Shown: in pieces, positions 49,010 to 62,200 of the stretch
How the letters are laid out: the number at the start of each line of letters is the position of its first letter
Position numbering within the stretch: position 1 is the first letter of the stretch
NCBI RefSeq assembly: GCF_006345805.1
Contig: NW_021833061.1
Span: forward strand, 62,001-126,000
Origin: Octopus sinensis
Taxonomy: Eukaryota
Length of the DNA stretch: 64,000 bases
Reading direction: 5' to 3'
The notes under the pieces: model-generated
What the model was told of the DNA's origin: nothing
Databases searched by the model: none
The model's input: only the letters and a program-made list of their open reading frames with translations
Position numbers and translations under genes: made by a program

Positions 49010-49960
49010 TTAATGTTCATTTGTTAAATATTGTCATCGTGAGTTAAATCGTTGTCTCCATAACACTTGAAAATATTTCTGGACATGATCGCATGGAGGT
49101 GAGCAAATTCTTGGTGTTATTGCAGAAATGCAAGTTTCTCTGCAACTTTCTAAAACTTGTAGCCTGGTTTCTTTTTGAGTGAGCTCAAATTAGTTGTCGC
49201 CATTTTTCTTTATTGCTCACTTTTATAAGCACGCAGCATTCTTCTATTAGATTTAATCGTACACTGTAAGGTGCCAATCTTATAAATTCAGTATTTCAAA
49301 ATTCTTCTTTAGTTATTTACTCTGACTGTGAATGTGCCTAGCGTTGCCTATCACAATAAAAATTTCTGAATAATTTTCACTTGTACTTTTAACCATATTT
49401 CTACTGAATCGTTTGGGAAATAAGTATTCGAAACTTTTTTAGAAAAATGTCGGCACAATTCCAAACAAAAATAATTTGACTCTCGGCCAAAATCTGAAAT
49501 TATCAAAACTTTCTTACTATCAAACCTAACTGCAATTAAACTACAAATAACTCAAGAAGCGTTTATAAACAGACACTCTAAGTTTTCTTAAATTTTACTC
49601 TAACTTGACAGAAAATGTCACGCAGTCAAAGACATGAAATAGATGACGACAAATAGTGAATGAAAATTCCAGTTTCATTAAATAGTCACGGAAAAATTTC
49701 ATTTAGAGCGATGACAAGATTGTTCTTAACATAGTTTATCATTTTCAACATTTCAGTGCTTGTAAATTTAGACTATCTGAATGCTCCAGTTTTTTATTAG
49801 GTTGTGAAGCATTTCGTATCCATTATAAGCTGTATTTAACTTAACTTCATACGATTCCGCCACAATATGGCAATCCACATCTCAATTCATTTTGGCTCCC
49901 AAATTTCTTTCATTATATGTTTGACTAACACAAGAAGAAGTATTATTATTTTTATAAAGT
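49010..49960 (-). mobile_element. Degenerate IS630/Tc1-like element (HTH plus DDE remnant) of the same family as 37644-38213
   Basis: Nucleotide similarity of 49730-49950 to 37820-38060; GNARHIH and LAPYS..LNLIEE. Confidence 0.7.
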
Positions 49961-50099
49961 ATGAAATATCAAGTCAAATTAGTCTTGTCACAGCTGGTTA
50001 TTTATTTACTTTTTGATAAAATAGTTGGATTCATCTTCATGTCGATCAATAAAAATATACTAATTTTGAACTTATTCGTATATTTAAACGATTATTAAC

Positions 50100-51085
50100 A
50101 TCATGCCTAAGCGAAAGGAACATGCAGAAGGCAAAAAAATATCATACTTCTTAAATATAATGCGGGAAAATCCGAAAAGTTTCCGAAAGTGTTCATATTC
50201 CGAAAATCAGTATGGAACATTATCAATAAATGGAATTTATTAAAAACTATCAAAAATTCAGGACAAAAAAATATCTCGATCAATTTCCATAATTAGACGA
50301 AAAGTGCTTAATAATTTGAGATTGTCTCGTAAACAACTCTCTACTTACTTGGGCAAGGTAGGATCACCAGTATGCTCACAGATTGTTACAAATGCCCTAA
50401 GAATAGAAGGATTCCATAAATGTCGTCCACGTAAAGTTCCGCTACTTACTAAGAAACAGGTCCATGCACGGTTAGAATATGCAAAAAATTACTTTAAGAC
50501 GACAACTTTCTGAATAATATTATTTGGTCAGATGAGACAAATATAGAAATTTTTGGGAGAATTATACGAGCTACGTGTGGCGTATATCAAAAGATGAATA
50601 TCGTCCCAAAATATCATACCAACAATTAAACATGGTGGTGGCATTATTATGCTATGGGGATGTTTTTCTTCTTGAGGAGTTGGGGATCTTCATGTAGTAG
50701 ATGGAATATTGAATGCTTCTATATAGTGTGGTATTTTAGAAAAAATATTTTTTCGTAAATTGAGAAATGTGGTATTGTGGGAAATTGGACATTTCAACAC
50801 AAAAATGATCCGAAACATACTGCAAAAAAACTCGAAAATGGCTAGAAGAATATTTAATTAATATCATTGAACAACCAAGTCAGTCCTGAGATCTTAATTC
50901 GATTGAAAATCTTTGGAAAGAATTAAAAGTCAAAGTATGGCCATATATCCAAAAAATATCACGGAATTAAAATCATTTTGTTTCGAAGAATAGAATAAAA
51001 TTCCCGTAGAAATTTGTAAAAAGCTTGTGAGCAATTACAGAAATCGTTAAATGCAGTTTTGAAGAATACTTTACAAAGTATAATG
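50100..51085 (+). mobile_element. Degenerate Tc1 transposase
   Basis: PRKVPLLTKK..ARLEYAK, WSDET, IKHGGGIIMLWGCF, NDPKHT and DLNSIENLW. Confidence 0.85.
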
Positions 51086-51774
51086 GGATTTGTCCCAAGA
51101 CTAATTATCATTTGATTTTATGACTTTGTTTAAAATGTTTTCTTAAAATAAATCGATTTTGGATTATTTTTAAATGTTTTATACTTTTGGAAAAACTTAA
51201 ATAAAAACTTTTCTTATAGAAAATAGACGAGATGAAATGACACCTAAATTTTAAAAGCATTACCAAAACTCTAAACAAGGCCAAGATTCAACACGTGCTT
51301 ATGTTCAGACAATCATGATTAAAAAAACAATGGAGGGCATGCGTCTGAAGTACAAACTCTTATTTGCGTTGGCGAATCATGCAACCAATGAACGATTAAG
51401 TGGGGAAAACAGCCACCACGAGACATCAGAGGAACCTTTCGAGGACACACACAGACGCTGTATCCCGGCCCATGAATCTGGGAGGAGGCGGATCGAAAGC
51501 AAAAAGGAGGAAGCTGGAACAAAAAGTATCATAAGATATTTTCTACTTTAATTAATTTACTAATGTGGATTTAAGTAAAAACGCAACAATGTTTATAGAA
51601 AATAAAATTTTATTAAAAATAAACAAGTGTTCCAAAACTAATTTGATCCACTGTATGCTTTAATTTTAACCCTCACAGAAAGGCAGCACATCTTCTTAAC
51701 GATAGACGATTACCATTCCTTTTTCCTGTGTCCCCGGGGTTAAATAATAATTCGATTTTAACATCAAACAAATC

Positions 51775-52100
51775 CAGGCCCGTGGGGACGGAAAACGCCC
51801 TGATGGGTCAACTTTATTCCCTTTAGAGAGGGAATGGCACTCGTGTGAGATGTTACCTGCGTAGACTCATTTTCCTCATCATCCTGATTGACTCCGCTTC
51901 TCGTCCTGGATCTGCATCTGTCCTTGCCGAATCTAGGAAAACTGCAAAATATGCCTCTTTGACCGATACCTGCTGCTTCATTCCTCTGGCTTTCGAGACC
52001 AGTGGGATAATTGGACCCAAAGCATTCAAACTCCTCTCAGAGATTGGTTTAACAATCTCGAGGAGGAGTCACGACAGTCGTGAAACGAGCTCAAAGCAAG
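51775..52100 (+). mobile_element. CRE retrotransposon endonuclease/3' fragment
   Basis: RGDGKRPDG, DVTCVDS, AESRKTAKY and PLAFETSGIIGP. Confidence 0.85.
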
Positions 52101-52277
52101 AAATGACTCGTTAAGATTACACCCAATAAGGTGAGTTCATTAAAATGGGCCTACATTTTCTAATAAAACATGCTCCAACTACATTGATAATATCCAAATG
52201 TAAAAATCATTTAATTGATGTCGAAAATTAAATATGAAAGGAATTTTAAACAAATTAAATAAAATAAATGTTCTAAT

Positions 52278-52283
52278 CACGTG
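52278..52283. promoter_or_regulatory. CACGTG E-box 10 nt upstream of the PWP2 ATG
   Basis: Exact palindrome within TCACGTGA. Confidence 0.55.
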
Positions 52284-52293
52284 AAAATTATAA

Positions 52294-55220
52294 ATGAGCT
52301 GTGACTACAAAGTAATTTTATTAGTATTCAACAAAGTTCAAAAATCTATTGGGATGCGTCTATAGAAAAGGCAATATTCTTTTCTTCCCCCAAGGCAAAA
52401 AACTTGTGAGCCCAGTTGGCAACAAAGTGTCCGTTTTTGACCTCAAAAAGTAGTAAAAACATTAAACATTGCAGCAATAAAATCTCCACGTTTGGTTTGG
52501 AATGTTCATTTAATATCACACGAATCTCAATTTCTCCCAAAGGAACTATTTTTGTGTTGGCTGACGAAGAGGGCACTGCCTACCTTTGTAGTTGGTCGGG
52601 TCGATGTGTTCTGAGGACTCACCGATTCCACTGTGCGGTGAGTGACATCGCCTTCAGTCCCGACGGAAAGTAAGTGCCCACAACATTCCAGTCAGTTTGC
52701 AGTCACCAAAGGAAACTATGTCCATGTCTTCTACTCGCCCGCAGTCGATAAACGATTTGAAGGGTTCTCTCTCAATCGAATAATCCACGGGGCCAGCAGG
52801 GAAGTGACTTGTCTCCGATGGTCATGTGACTCCAAGTTTTTGAAACTACTAATTGATAGAGTCCTTGCATTCGGGAGCAGTGACACGGTCATTCGAGTAT
52901 TCGCCCAGACAAGATTAGCCCAGTTAAATGCATATACTCTCAATGGACACACCAGCAGTATTCTCGCCATATTTTTCCGGAATGAGTCATTGGATGTAAT
53001 GATCAGTATTCTGATGACATAGTTGTATTCCGTCACTACAAATGGACAGGTTTACGTGTGGAAATGTCTCATTGGTCTCCACCAACTTGTAGAATTGGAA
53101 GACGAGCAAGAACACCCTGAACAAATGCCTAAGCTGTACGATGCTCCTGAAAGGTCTGTTGTTCTGGTCATTGACAGGCATTACTTGAGGACTGGAAGAA
53201 TTGAAGGTGGCATTGTCGAGGTCTCGGCAGCAGTTTTTCACGAGTTGACGGGTCTTTTGGCCACGGGGTACTCCGACGGGTCGTTTTGCCTGCATGAAAT
53301 GCCTGATATGACTCTTTTGCACTCATTTCAGTTGAATTGCCTGCTTTATTGTAGTATAAGCGAATCGTTCATATCCTCGTTGGCATTCGACAGGTCAGGA
53401 GAATGGATTTCTGTCTCGTCCAGCGACACGGGATTGTTGCTTGTGTGGGAGTGGAAGAGCGAGAGTTATGTCATGAAACAACAGAACACCTACAACTCCT
53501 GTCGATCCATCGACTACTCCCCGGACGCACAGTTGCTTGTCATTGGCTCGGAGGATGCGAAGGTTGAGAGGATACATTATTGGGTAGATCAGATTGTGCG
53601 ATTCGCTTTCGGGCTTTTGCATTGCCACTTTTTCTGAGCACTGTGGAGTTGTCTCGGCTGTGAAGGTCAGTCGGAATGGGAAGATTGTGGTCTCTGCTTC
53701 CCTCGACGGGACTGTCCGTGCTTTCGACTTGAAGAGATATCGCAACTTTCGGACTTTCACGTCTCCTCGACCTGTCCAGTTCTCCTGTCTCGCACTCGAC
53801 GATGGCTGTGACTTAGTGGCGGCTGGAGGGCAGAATGTATTTGACATATATGTCTGGGGTATTCGCAATGGTCGACTGCTCGAGGTTTCTCTTGTTCTTA
53901 TTTTCCAGACATTGAGTGGGCATGAGGCTCCTGTCACATGTCTACACTTCTCCAACGTCGATTCCCTGCTTGTTAGTTGTTCTTGGGACAGATCAATTAA
54001 GTTTTGGGATTTTTCCAACTCTTCGTCCGCTCGAGAGACGTTAAATACTAATTCTGATGGTTCTGGAATTCTGGTTACTTTTAGTCCTGGCAATGAATAT
54101 GTCTCCCAATGGCACAGAACTGGCAGTGGCCACTCTGAATTGTCGGATAAGCATATGGGTGATTGAGACTGCTCGAATGGTCTCCTCGGTCGACTGTCTA
54201 CCATACTTGGGATATACACGACGAGACGAGGATAAGATTACTGCAAAGACGTCGGGAAAGGCAAAGGCATTCACATCACTGGTCTACTCTCCTGACGGGA
54301 AGAGATTACTGGCTGGGGGACGTTCGAATCGAGTTTGCATGTTTTCCGTGGAGAATGGAATGATTCTGCGCACATTTTTTATTTCACTCAACCACTCTCT
54401 CGATTCCGTCGATGTAATTTCATATCTTCATTTTTCCAGGAATTTCTTGACAAGAGGAAAATGACCGAGTGGGGAAGTCTGGCCCTTGTGGATTCTGGGG
54501 GAGAAAAATTGCGTCTTCCTGGCACAAGATTTTCTAATCTGAGTTCGCGGGCTTGGAAACCAGAAGTGAGGGTGTCGGCTCTCTCATTTTCTCCTACAGG
54601 TTGTGTGGGTCATTTAGTGCAGGGAGGGAATGGGCTGTTGCTTCGACGGAAGGAGTCCTCATTTACTCTCTCGATCATATCTCCGGTTTCGATCCTTTTG
54701 AATTGGCTCTCGATGCCACTCCTTTGTCTGTAGAAGAGGCTAGTAATGATGGAAGACATGTGTATGCTCTCATGGCTGCGTTCAGATTGAATGACCATAA
54801 TCTTATATCTTCTGTCATTGAACGAATACCGATATCATCAAGTTTGATTTGTCTTGCCAATGTTTCAGTCAGTCTAGTATGTGGGTCGCTCTCTGAGATG
54901 TACATTGATAAGCTATTATTGTTCCTTTCGGTTAGACTGACTCAGTCTACCTCCATACATTTTTATATGCTTTGGGTGGATGCCTTGTTAATGCGCCACG
55001 GACTGGATCTTAAACTTCGGTCTACGGAAATAAGCGCGTCTCTCGTGCATATTAACCAGGCGATCAGCAGCAGATACACTCCTATTAAGATTATGTACAT
55101 TTGGTGCTTATTTTTAGGTCGCAAAATATAGTTCATTCTATTGATTTTCTAACTTCTTTGCCAAAACGAAATGTAATTCCAAATGTTGATTCTGCTTGCT
55201 CTGATCTATTAAAATTTTGA
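52294..55220 (+). CDS. PWP2: Periodic tryptophan protein 2 (UTP1), WD40 SSU processome factor
   Basis: MSCDYK|FKNLLGCVYRKGN..SPVGNKVSVFDLK; SASLDGTVRAFDLKRYRNFRTFTSPRPVQFSCLA; LSGHEAPV; RAWKPEVRV; DPFELALDATP. Confidence 0.95.
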
Positions 55221-55389
55221 TTTTGTTGATATATTTTTTATTTGGGTATTATATAGATAACACTGTTCTATTCTAGCTATTACATTTATAAAAAGTATTC
55301 ATTTACAATCTGAGCAAACCCTTTATAACATTCAGTGATTGGACCACACGTATTGTTAACCTGTCCAATCATTTGACTATCGATTAAAG

Positions 55390-55790
55390 TAGAGGTTTCC
55401 AAATAGTGAGACGCGCTTCCTTAGGGAGGTGGTGACTCGTGTCAAGAGAGGCGCTTTAACACTTTTAACACTTTTTATTGACCAAAAACTTATCATAAAT
55501 ATTATTTTAGAAAATTAGATTTATATAAAAATCGTGATGAAGAATTTTTTAAAGAAAAATTGAAGAGTTCGATAACTAAATGAAAAGGTTAAAAAACTTG
55601 TTTCTGTCTTATTAAATGCTTTAGTAGCAACGTATAAAGTTTCTTACAAAATTGCAAAATGCAAGAGACCACATAATATCGGAAAACTCTATTTGCCAGC
55701 AGCTATTAATATGGTTTGTCAAATCTTATGGAAAACAATCACGGAAAATACCACTTGCTGATAATATGTGACATGGGCAACCGGTTACAT
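55390..55790 (+). mobile_element. hAT/Buster transposase fragment
   Basis: YKVSYKIAKCKRPHNIGK.LPAAINMV matches the Buster/ZBED5-type region. Confidence 0.65.
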
Positions 55791-55879
55791 TTTTTGCCCT
55801 TGTCGATGTCAAAATTAAATTCTTTGATATTTAAATTTTCTTATTTTAAACAATGATTAAAATATGGAAAATAATAAGG

Positions 55880-57215
55880 TCAAAAACAGAGCGGCCAAGC
55901 TCGATCTGCGATCACGACGGGGCAGGAGTTATACCCCACCCCAACGGATTGCTTGCGCGCTATTGCGCACGATTGCGAGCGAGATCCTCTGCCTCAGCCA
56001 AGAGGACTCGCGAGCATTCATTTTCTTCCGAGCAATAAGGATCTCCAGGTCTTTCATGAAGCATTAGGTAGCGGACCAGAAGCGCCTGATGCAGTGATTC
56101 TTAAGTGAGGCCCCTAGGATTTAATTGAAGGGCTTATGTTTCTATAAATAATTTTATTTTTTCAAAACGGCAATCGAAATATTTGCATCGGAATTTTGTT
56201 TGCCCGCTGTTTTCGATATTGCACACAAGTTACCTTTAAGTAACGATACTGTTACTCTTGTCTCAAAAAATTAATTTCTTTTATTTTTGTATGTAGATTT
56301 TATCAACTTCTTTCTGAAATTATTTTATTCACTGAAAATAAAGTGGAAAATGCATTATTGAAAGAGAATGGATGGGTAGCAGATTTAACATTTTATGTGG
56401 ATCTATCGGTAAATCTGTCTGCCCTAAATGTCGAACTACAGGGGAAAAATAAGCTAAATTACCAAATTTATGGATATATCAATGCCTTCGCTAAGAAATT
56501 AAGTTTATGGCGCGAATACCGAATAATGATTACAAACATTTTCCTTATTTGTCAGAAAACTCCGAAAGTGGCTCAACTGATAAATATTTAAAAATAATTG
56601 AAGATATAAATTCGCAATTTGATGCAAGATTTCAGGTTTTTAGTAGTTAATTTAAGGTGATAGAGTTCTAAAGAAGGCGCAAATTCAATGAGATTATTTG
56701 CATCTCCATTAATTATGAAAAGTGAGGTTTCCGGCATTTACCAACTGGAATTGATTGATTTGCAAAATGATGTTGAACTGAAAAGTTTGTTCAGCAACAT
56801 TTCAATAATTGACTTTTATTCGAGAATTCCTGAGAACCGATTTCCGAATCTAGTCTATAATGCAAAGAAAAATTTAGCAATGTTTAGATCAACATATCTC
56901 TGCGAATCGACATTTAGTAAACTTGTCCGAATTAAAACTAAGTTTCGCAGCAGATTGACTGATAGTCATCTGAGTGATTTGTTACATACTTCAACTAGTA
57001 AAATTAAACCTAATTTTGATTATTTAGTTAATAAATAATTGTTAAAAATTATTTGCGGCCCCTGTAATTTTGTTTTTAGATTTGCGGCCCCTGAGTAAAG
57101 AAGCTTGAGAATCACTGGCTTGATGTCTCAAAAGCCAGAGCCACGAAGGAATGCCGAGTGGCAAGATTCTTGTACTTTTCAACCTGAACCGCGGCCTCGC
57201 AACCGTTGGCGACTC
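55880..57215 (-). mobile_element. CRE 3' fragment split by a hAT insertion
   Basis: KYKNLATRHSFVALAFETS|SG...RESSWLRQRISLAIVRNSAQAI*. Confidence 0.8.
56092..57117 (+). mobile_element. Internally deleted hAT (GTF2IRD2/SPIN-like) transposon
   Basis: TIRs CAGTGATTCT(T/C)AAG; near-perfect 8-bp TSD gcctgatg/gcttgatg; QLELIDLQND, STYLCESTFS and KFRSRLTDSHL. Confidence 0.88.
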
Positions 57216-57259
57216 CCTTTTTTTAGATAGATACAATTTTTGATAGGATTGACATCTTT

Positions 57260-58736
57260 TTTAGATACAATTTTTGATATGTCAGGCTGAGTTATTCATG
57301 TAGTTCCGACTTTTATTAAAAAGGATAAATGTCCATCAGTTAGTCTTGTTCTTTAAGCAGTTTTTGTCAATTTCATTAATGAAAAAAGCTGTTCACTATG
57401 TCGAACCAAACATAGCAATGATTTTTGTTGCAAACTTTTAAAAGTTTTTAAACTTTCCAGGAAGATATGAAAGAAAGCAGGTATTTCAACCTCCAAATAT
57501 TTAGCTTTAAGTATAGAATCTAATTGGATTTCCAATAGTTCCATTTGTAAACTTTCATCTGCATTGGAAACATTAAAAGAAAATAATGATGCAAATAATG
57601 AAAATTGTTGTTCAAAAAACAAAAAATCATTAAATCTCTCTTAAAATTCCTTTAACAACGATTCTGGTTGTCTTTCATAGGGAGAAAAATTCATTAAATT
57701 ATTTGCATCAACAGTAATCCTGAGCTCTTTGCACGTAGGAAAATGAAATAAATCTTCATTTAATAGCTGAAACTTCCATGATTTTATTTTCGAAGTAAAA
57801 AACTTGATATGCTGACAACTGAGTTATGAGCTTGTCTTTCCCCTGCAATTCTAAATTAAGGTCGTTCATATGTGTGGTAATATCCACTACAAATGCCAAA
57901 TATTTGATCCAGGATTGACTTTTTATTTCGTATGTGTTTTGCCCTTTCATCTCCATAAATAAAATTATTTCCGATCTCAACAAATAAAATCTTTTAACAA
58001 CTTTGTGAAGTGATAACCAGCGGACTGGAGTATAAAAAGGAATGTCGCTGAACTGATTATTAAACTGCCGGTGGTTTACTAAACTGCCGGTGTTTGAGGG
58101 GATGACCTCTGATATAGTTTACTGTTTTCGTGACCAAACTAATGGTATTTTCCATTTTTAATATCTTTTAGCACAAATATTGCTGATGAATAATACAATG
58201 AAAATAAGCAAATGATGACCCGGGATTTACCTTTTGTAAGAAAGATTGCTAATTGTGCAATTCCAACAACGTCGGCTGCTTCATCAAATGCAATTGAAAA
58301 ATATTCGAATTTTAACAAATCAGACTTTTATTGGTGTTTCAAACTCAATGCCATTTCATTAATGTGTTCGGCAACAGTATTTCTTGTTAATGAAATATCT
58401 TTAAACAAGTGGGCGTCGTCTGGACAAATAATATTCGCTGTTTTTACAAGGCATTGCTTGATGGAATCACCATCACAATATGATTTTCCATTTACTGCAA
58501 GCATTCTGCTGATTTCATAGCTTGGAGTGACTAATGCAGTACTTCGATTATGATTTTTTGTGAAGTTTCTTTTTTATTCCAGAAGGAGCACGTGACATTG
58601 ACAAACACGATTTAAAAATACAATTAAAAATTTTAATTAAATGTGAAAAAATAAAAAATAATTTTTTGTATTTTATAGCCATTAAATCAGACCGCACTTA
58701 TGTTTGGTAAAGTACGCAGAGGGCCGCATGTTTGAC
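57260..58736 (-). mobile_element. Degenerate hAT (SPIN/OC1-like) transposon
   Basis: FSIAFDEAAD..AQLAIF, VRWLS..KVVKRF and LAFVVDITTHMNDLNLELQGK; end motif GTCAAACATGCGGCCC. Confidence 0.8.
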
Positions 58737-59245
58737 AAAAAAATTCAAATTTTCGGCTTCCATATCAGTTTTTTTTCCATTCAACAAATAATTCAGCACA
58801 GAAACAACAAAAGACTTAAATGAATTTACCAAGGGGACATCAAGTCAATTTCCAATGCCAAATTAGGTGTCTCATCGCACATTTCAGTAAACAGTAACTT
58901 GATTGATATGAACAATATTCACATTCCTTCTGTCCTCACTAAAAAGGTGTCAAACTTATCTGATACTCAGGTCGTCGGTAAAGGCATGGTTCTTTACAAA
59001 ATTGACAATCCAGAGAGAGAGTTCCAAGTTCTTAGAGATTTCAGAAATCGTCGGCTAGGCCGTGATTCAATTTCTCACTGACATTGGTAGGAGAAGCTTC
59101 TCGAAAATATAAATAAAATTTATATTTATTAAAATTAAAATCATTACACAAATGGTTAACCTATTTTTAAAGGTAAGCCTAATAAATTTTAACACGTTGA
59201 TACATGTAGTTGACTTAGTTTGTTGGTATTTTATGTTTACTTTTC

Positions 59246-62200
59246 AATTAGTATTGTTGTTGTGGTGTGTGCATGTACGTTTCCAAGCAGTTAAGGAAAA
59301 CGAAACCTACGGGCCTTCCTGCAAATAAAAAGAACTTAAAAAAGACAGGACCGTCGCCTATGGGACCTCACAATGCCACAAGAGCTAATGGTGTTAAAGA
59401 AGATCTTGTTGGTGATGCTGCCAAAACTAACTTGCATTCTCTTTCTGCGATCATCGGAAATGTCAATGGTGTCTCTGAAGGCGAATGGGTGTCTCAGATT
59501 GCCCTTGCCGCGAAGCAAAGACTTGGAAGGATGCCAAGAGGTGGTTGGAACCTTGTCCTGGAGAAGTTCAATGAGAAGTACTCGGCAAAGTGCTCCAGTT
59601 TATGCCAACTAAAGAGCATGGCTAGACGGAATAACAATGTGCAAGGGAGATGCGACTCTTCCAGAGTGCAAGATGATGTGGACGTAGAAATTTCCAGTTT
59701 CAGAAAGAATTGCCTAGAGGAACTCAAATTCCAAATTGGGAAAGTTCAGTCTATTCAGAGAGACTCTCGAAAGCCAACTCCAAAGGTGCAACGAAGGATG
59801 GTAAAAACTGATATCCTGGCTGGATTAAATTCTGCAATTTATCATATTACAAAAGATGATCCGCCCCAAGATATTAATCAAATTACCGATATTCTATATG
59901 CTGCACAGTGTGCTTATTTGGCCTTAACTACGAAAGCCAGACCACAGAGCACATGGTTGGAAAACACGGAAAGAAAAATCTCTAAATTAGCAGATGAAAT
60001 TGACACAGTTCGTTCCTTCTCCAAACAAACCTTGCCTCAGGCAGAAAAGCAAAAGGCAATGGATGTTCTCTGCCGCTACGGATATAAGAAGTCTAAGAAG
60101 GGGGAGCTAACCAGAATTGAGACTCTATTGAATGATCTAATTAGAATCAAAAAGAAACAGATATCTATCCATTCCTCGAGGAAAAATTTCCGGAAAGACA
60201 ATGCGTGTTTTGAATTAAACCGCAGAAGATTTTATCGAAACTTATCTTCGAGCAACGAAGCCACCCTGTATGGGTTTGGTGATGGTGAGTGCTTATCATT
60301 TTGGGAAGATGTCTGGAGCAAGAAAAATATGGGGCCCGTAGTTTATGATTTTGTGGGTGTGAGGTGTACTGGCGGTGAAACCATGCGACCTCAATTCACA
60401 AGTGATTTTATTATGGATATGCTCAAATATGCACCTGACTGGAAGGCATGCGGATGCGACGGAACGTATAACTTTTTCTTAAAGAAGATGGATTCTTTGC
60501 ATGGGTTTCTGTGTAAAGAGATAGTCCGAATAATTAATGGAGAGTACACGCCTGATAGCTGGTTTTACACTGGCGTAACTTACTTGATCCTAAAAAAAGT
60601 GAGTGTGAGACCCCGAAGGACTTACGCCCTATAACGTGTATGCCAACTTTGTATAAACTTGTCACCAAATGTGTTAATGCCAAACTGGCCGATTTCATCG
60701 AGGCATTTGGCTTAATCTCAGATAATCAGCTTGGGACGAGGAAGCAATGTCAAGGCGCCAAAGAGCAAGCCCTCATTAACCAATGCTTAAATAAGGAGTA
60801 TGGAAATGGCCTCTATTCTGCTTGGGTCGATGTGAAGAAGGCATTTGACTCAGTTGATCACGAGTTCTTGTTCCACGTATTGGATTGCTCTGGAATACCA
60901 CATTGGATTGTCAGCTTTGTAAAGAACATAGTCAAGAAGTGGACAGTAAACTTACATATCGATGGGAAAAGAATTGGGAAAGTAAAGTTAAGCCGGGGAA
61001 TACTCCAAGGAGATTCATTGTCCCCGCTGCTATTCGTTATGGCGATGGATCCCCTAAGCAGGATGCTTAACTCCATGTTTCCCAAACTCGAAATTAGTCG
61101 GGAAGATCCCAATATGTTGACATACTCCACCAATCATTTCTTCTTTATTGACGATCTGAAAATAGTTGCCCTCAAAGAAGATGTGTTAGTCAAAATGATG
61201 GAGGCTGTTAATGGATTTTTTGAAAGTGTCGGCCTAGAGATGAATTCCGAAAAATCAGCATCTAATGTGGAATCTTTATCATGCTGTGAGACTGTCGATG
61301 GAATCAACGGATATCGCTACTTGGGTGTACTTGAAGATGGCGGAAGTAATGTTCTCAAGAATAAAGTTATGGACTCCATATTGGAGAATGTCAAGAAGAG
61401 GATAACTATGTTGTCAAAAACAAACCTGAATGCTGTAAATTTGTTTCGTGGAATCAATGAATATGCATTATCCCTATATAATTATTATATTGGGCTAATC
61501 AATATTGAACCTTACGAATTTGATGAGATTGACCAACAAATACGCCGATTACTTACGACTCTCAAGTTACACCTCCAGCCTGCAAATAAGGAGAGGTTGT
61601 ATTTGGACCGCAAGACCCTTGGAAGAGGACTTGCCTCAATTCTTTCAAAAGCGAATTAATGCTCTTCCAGTTTCTTAAAAGTTGGAAAAACAGTCGACTA
61701 CCTGTCTGCGGAGGTCGGGTATTCTGCGAGTAATAAAAGGAAAAAAATGGCACTTAGCCACAATCGCAGAATTTCTTGTCTCCAAATATGCAGCTGTCGG
61801 CAGGGAAAATCTGACCATTGAGTTACTGAAGGACGCACAAAGGAAACTCTTGCTTAACCGAATTAACAGTAAATCACTACACTCGGTGATGTTCAAATGT
61901 ATGGAGGAATCAGATGTCGACATATCTACTTCTTCGCAATGGCTATCGAAAGGGAACAATGGTCCACGAAGCGAAGCATTGTACTGTCTTTTGCAAGATA
62001 GGAATTTGTTCTTTGCATACACGGGATCACTATGCGTCCACTGCAAAAAAAGCAGGCAGACTGTTGACCATCTAGCCACGCGGTGTGGTAGGATGCTAAA
62101 CAGTGATTATCTCCGAAGACACAACGAAGTGGTAAAGTGTATTCATCTCCACTTGTGTCGAATGTATGGAATAAAACGAAGCAGGAAATTGAAAGGACAT

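Noticed and set aside
53395-54219. 274-aa antisense ORF as a separate gene
   Set aside because: It is a shadow ORF opposite PWP2 with no recognisable motifs. The same applies to the plus-strand ORFs over the CRE element (3640-6487).
58800-59090. Possible coding fragment upstream of R4 copy 2
   Set aside because: It is a short ORF with no recognisable motif or splice structure.
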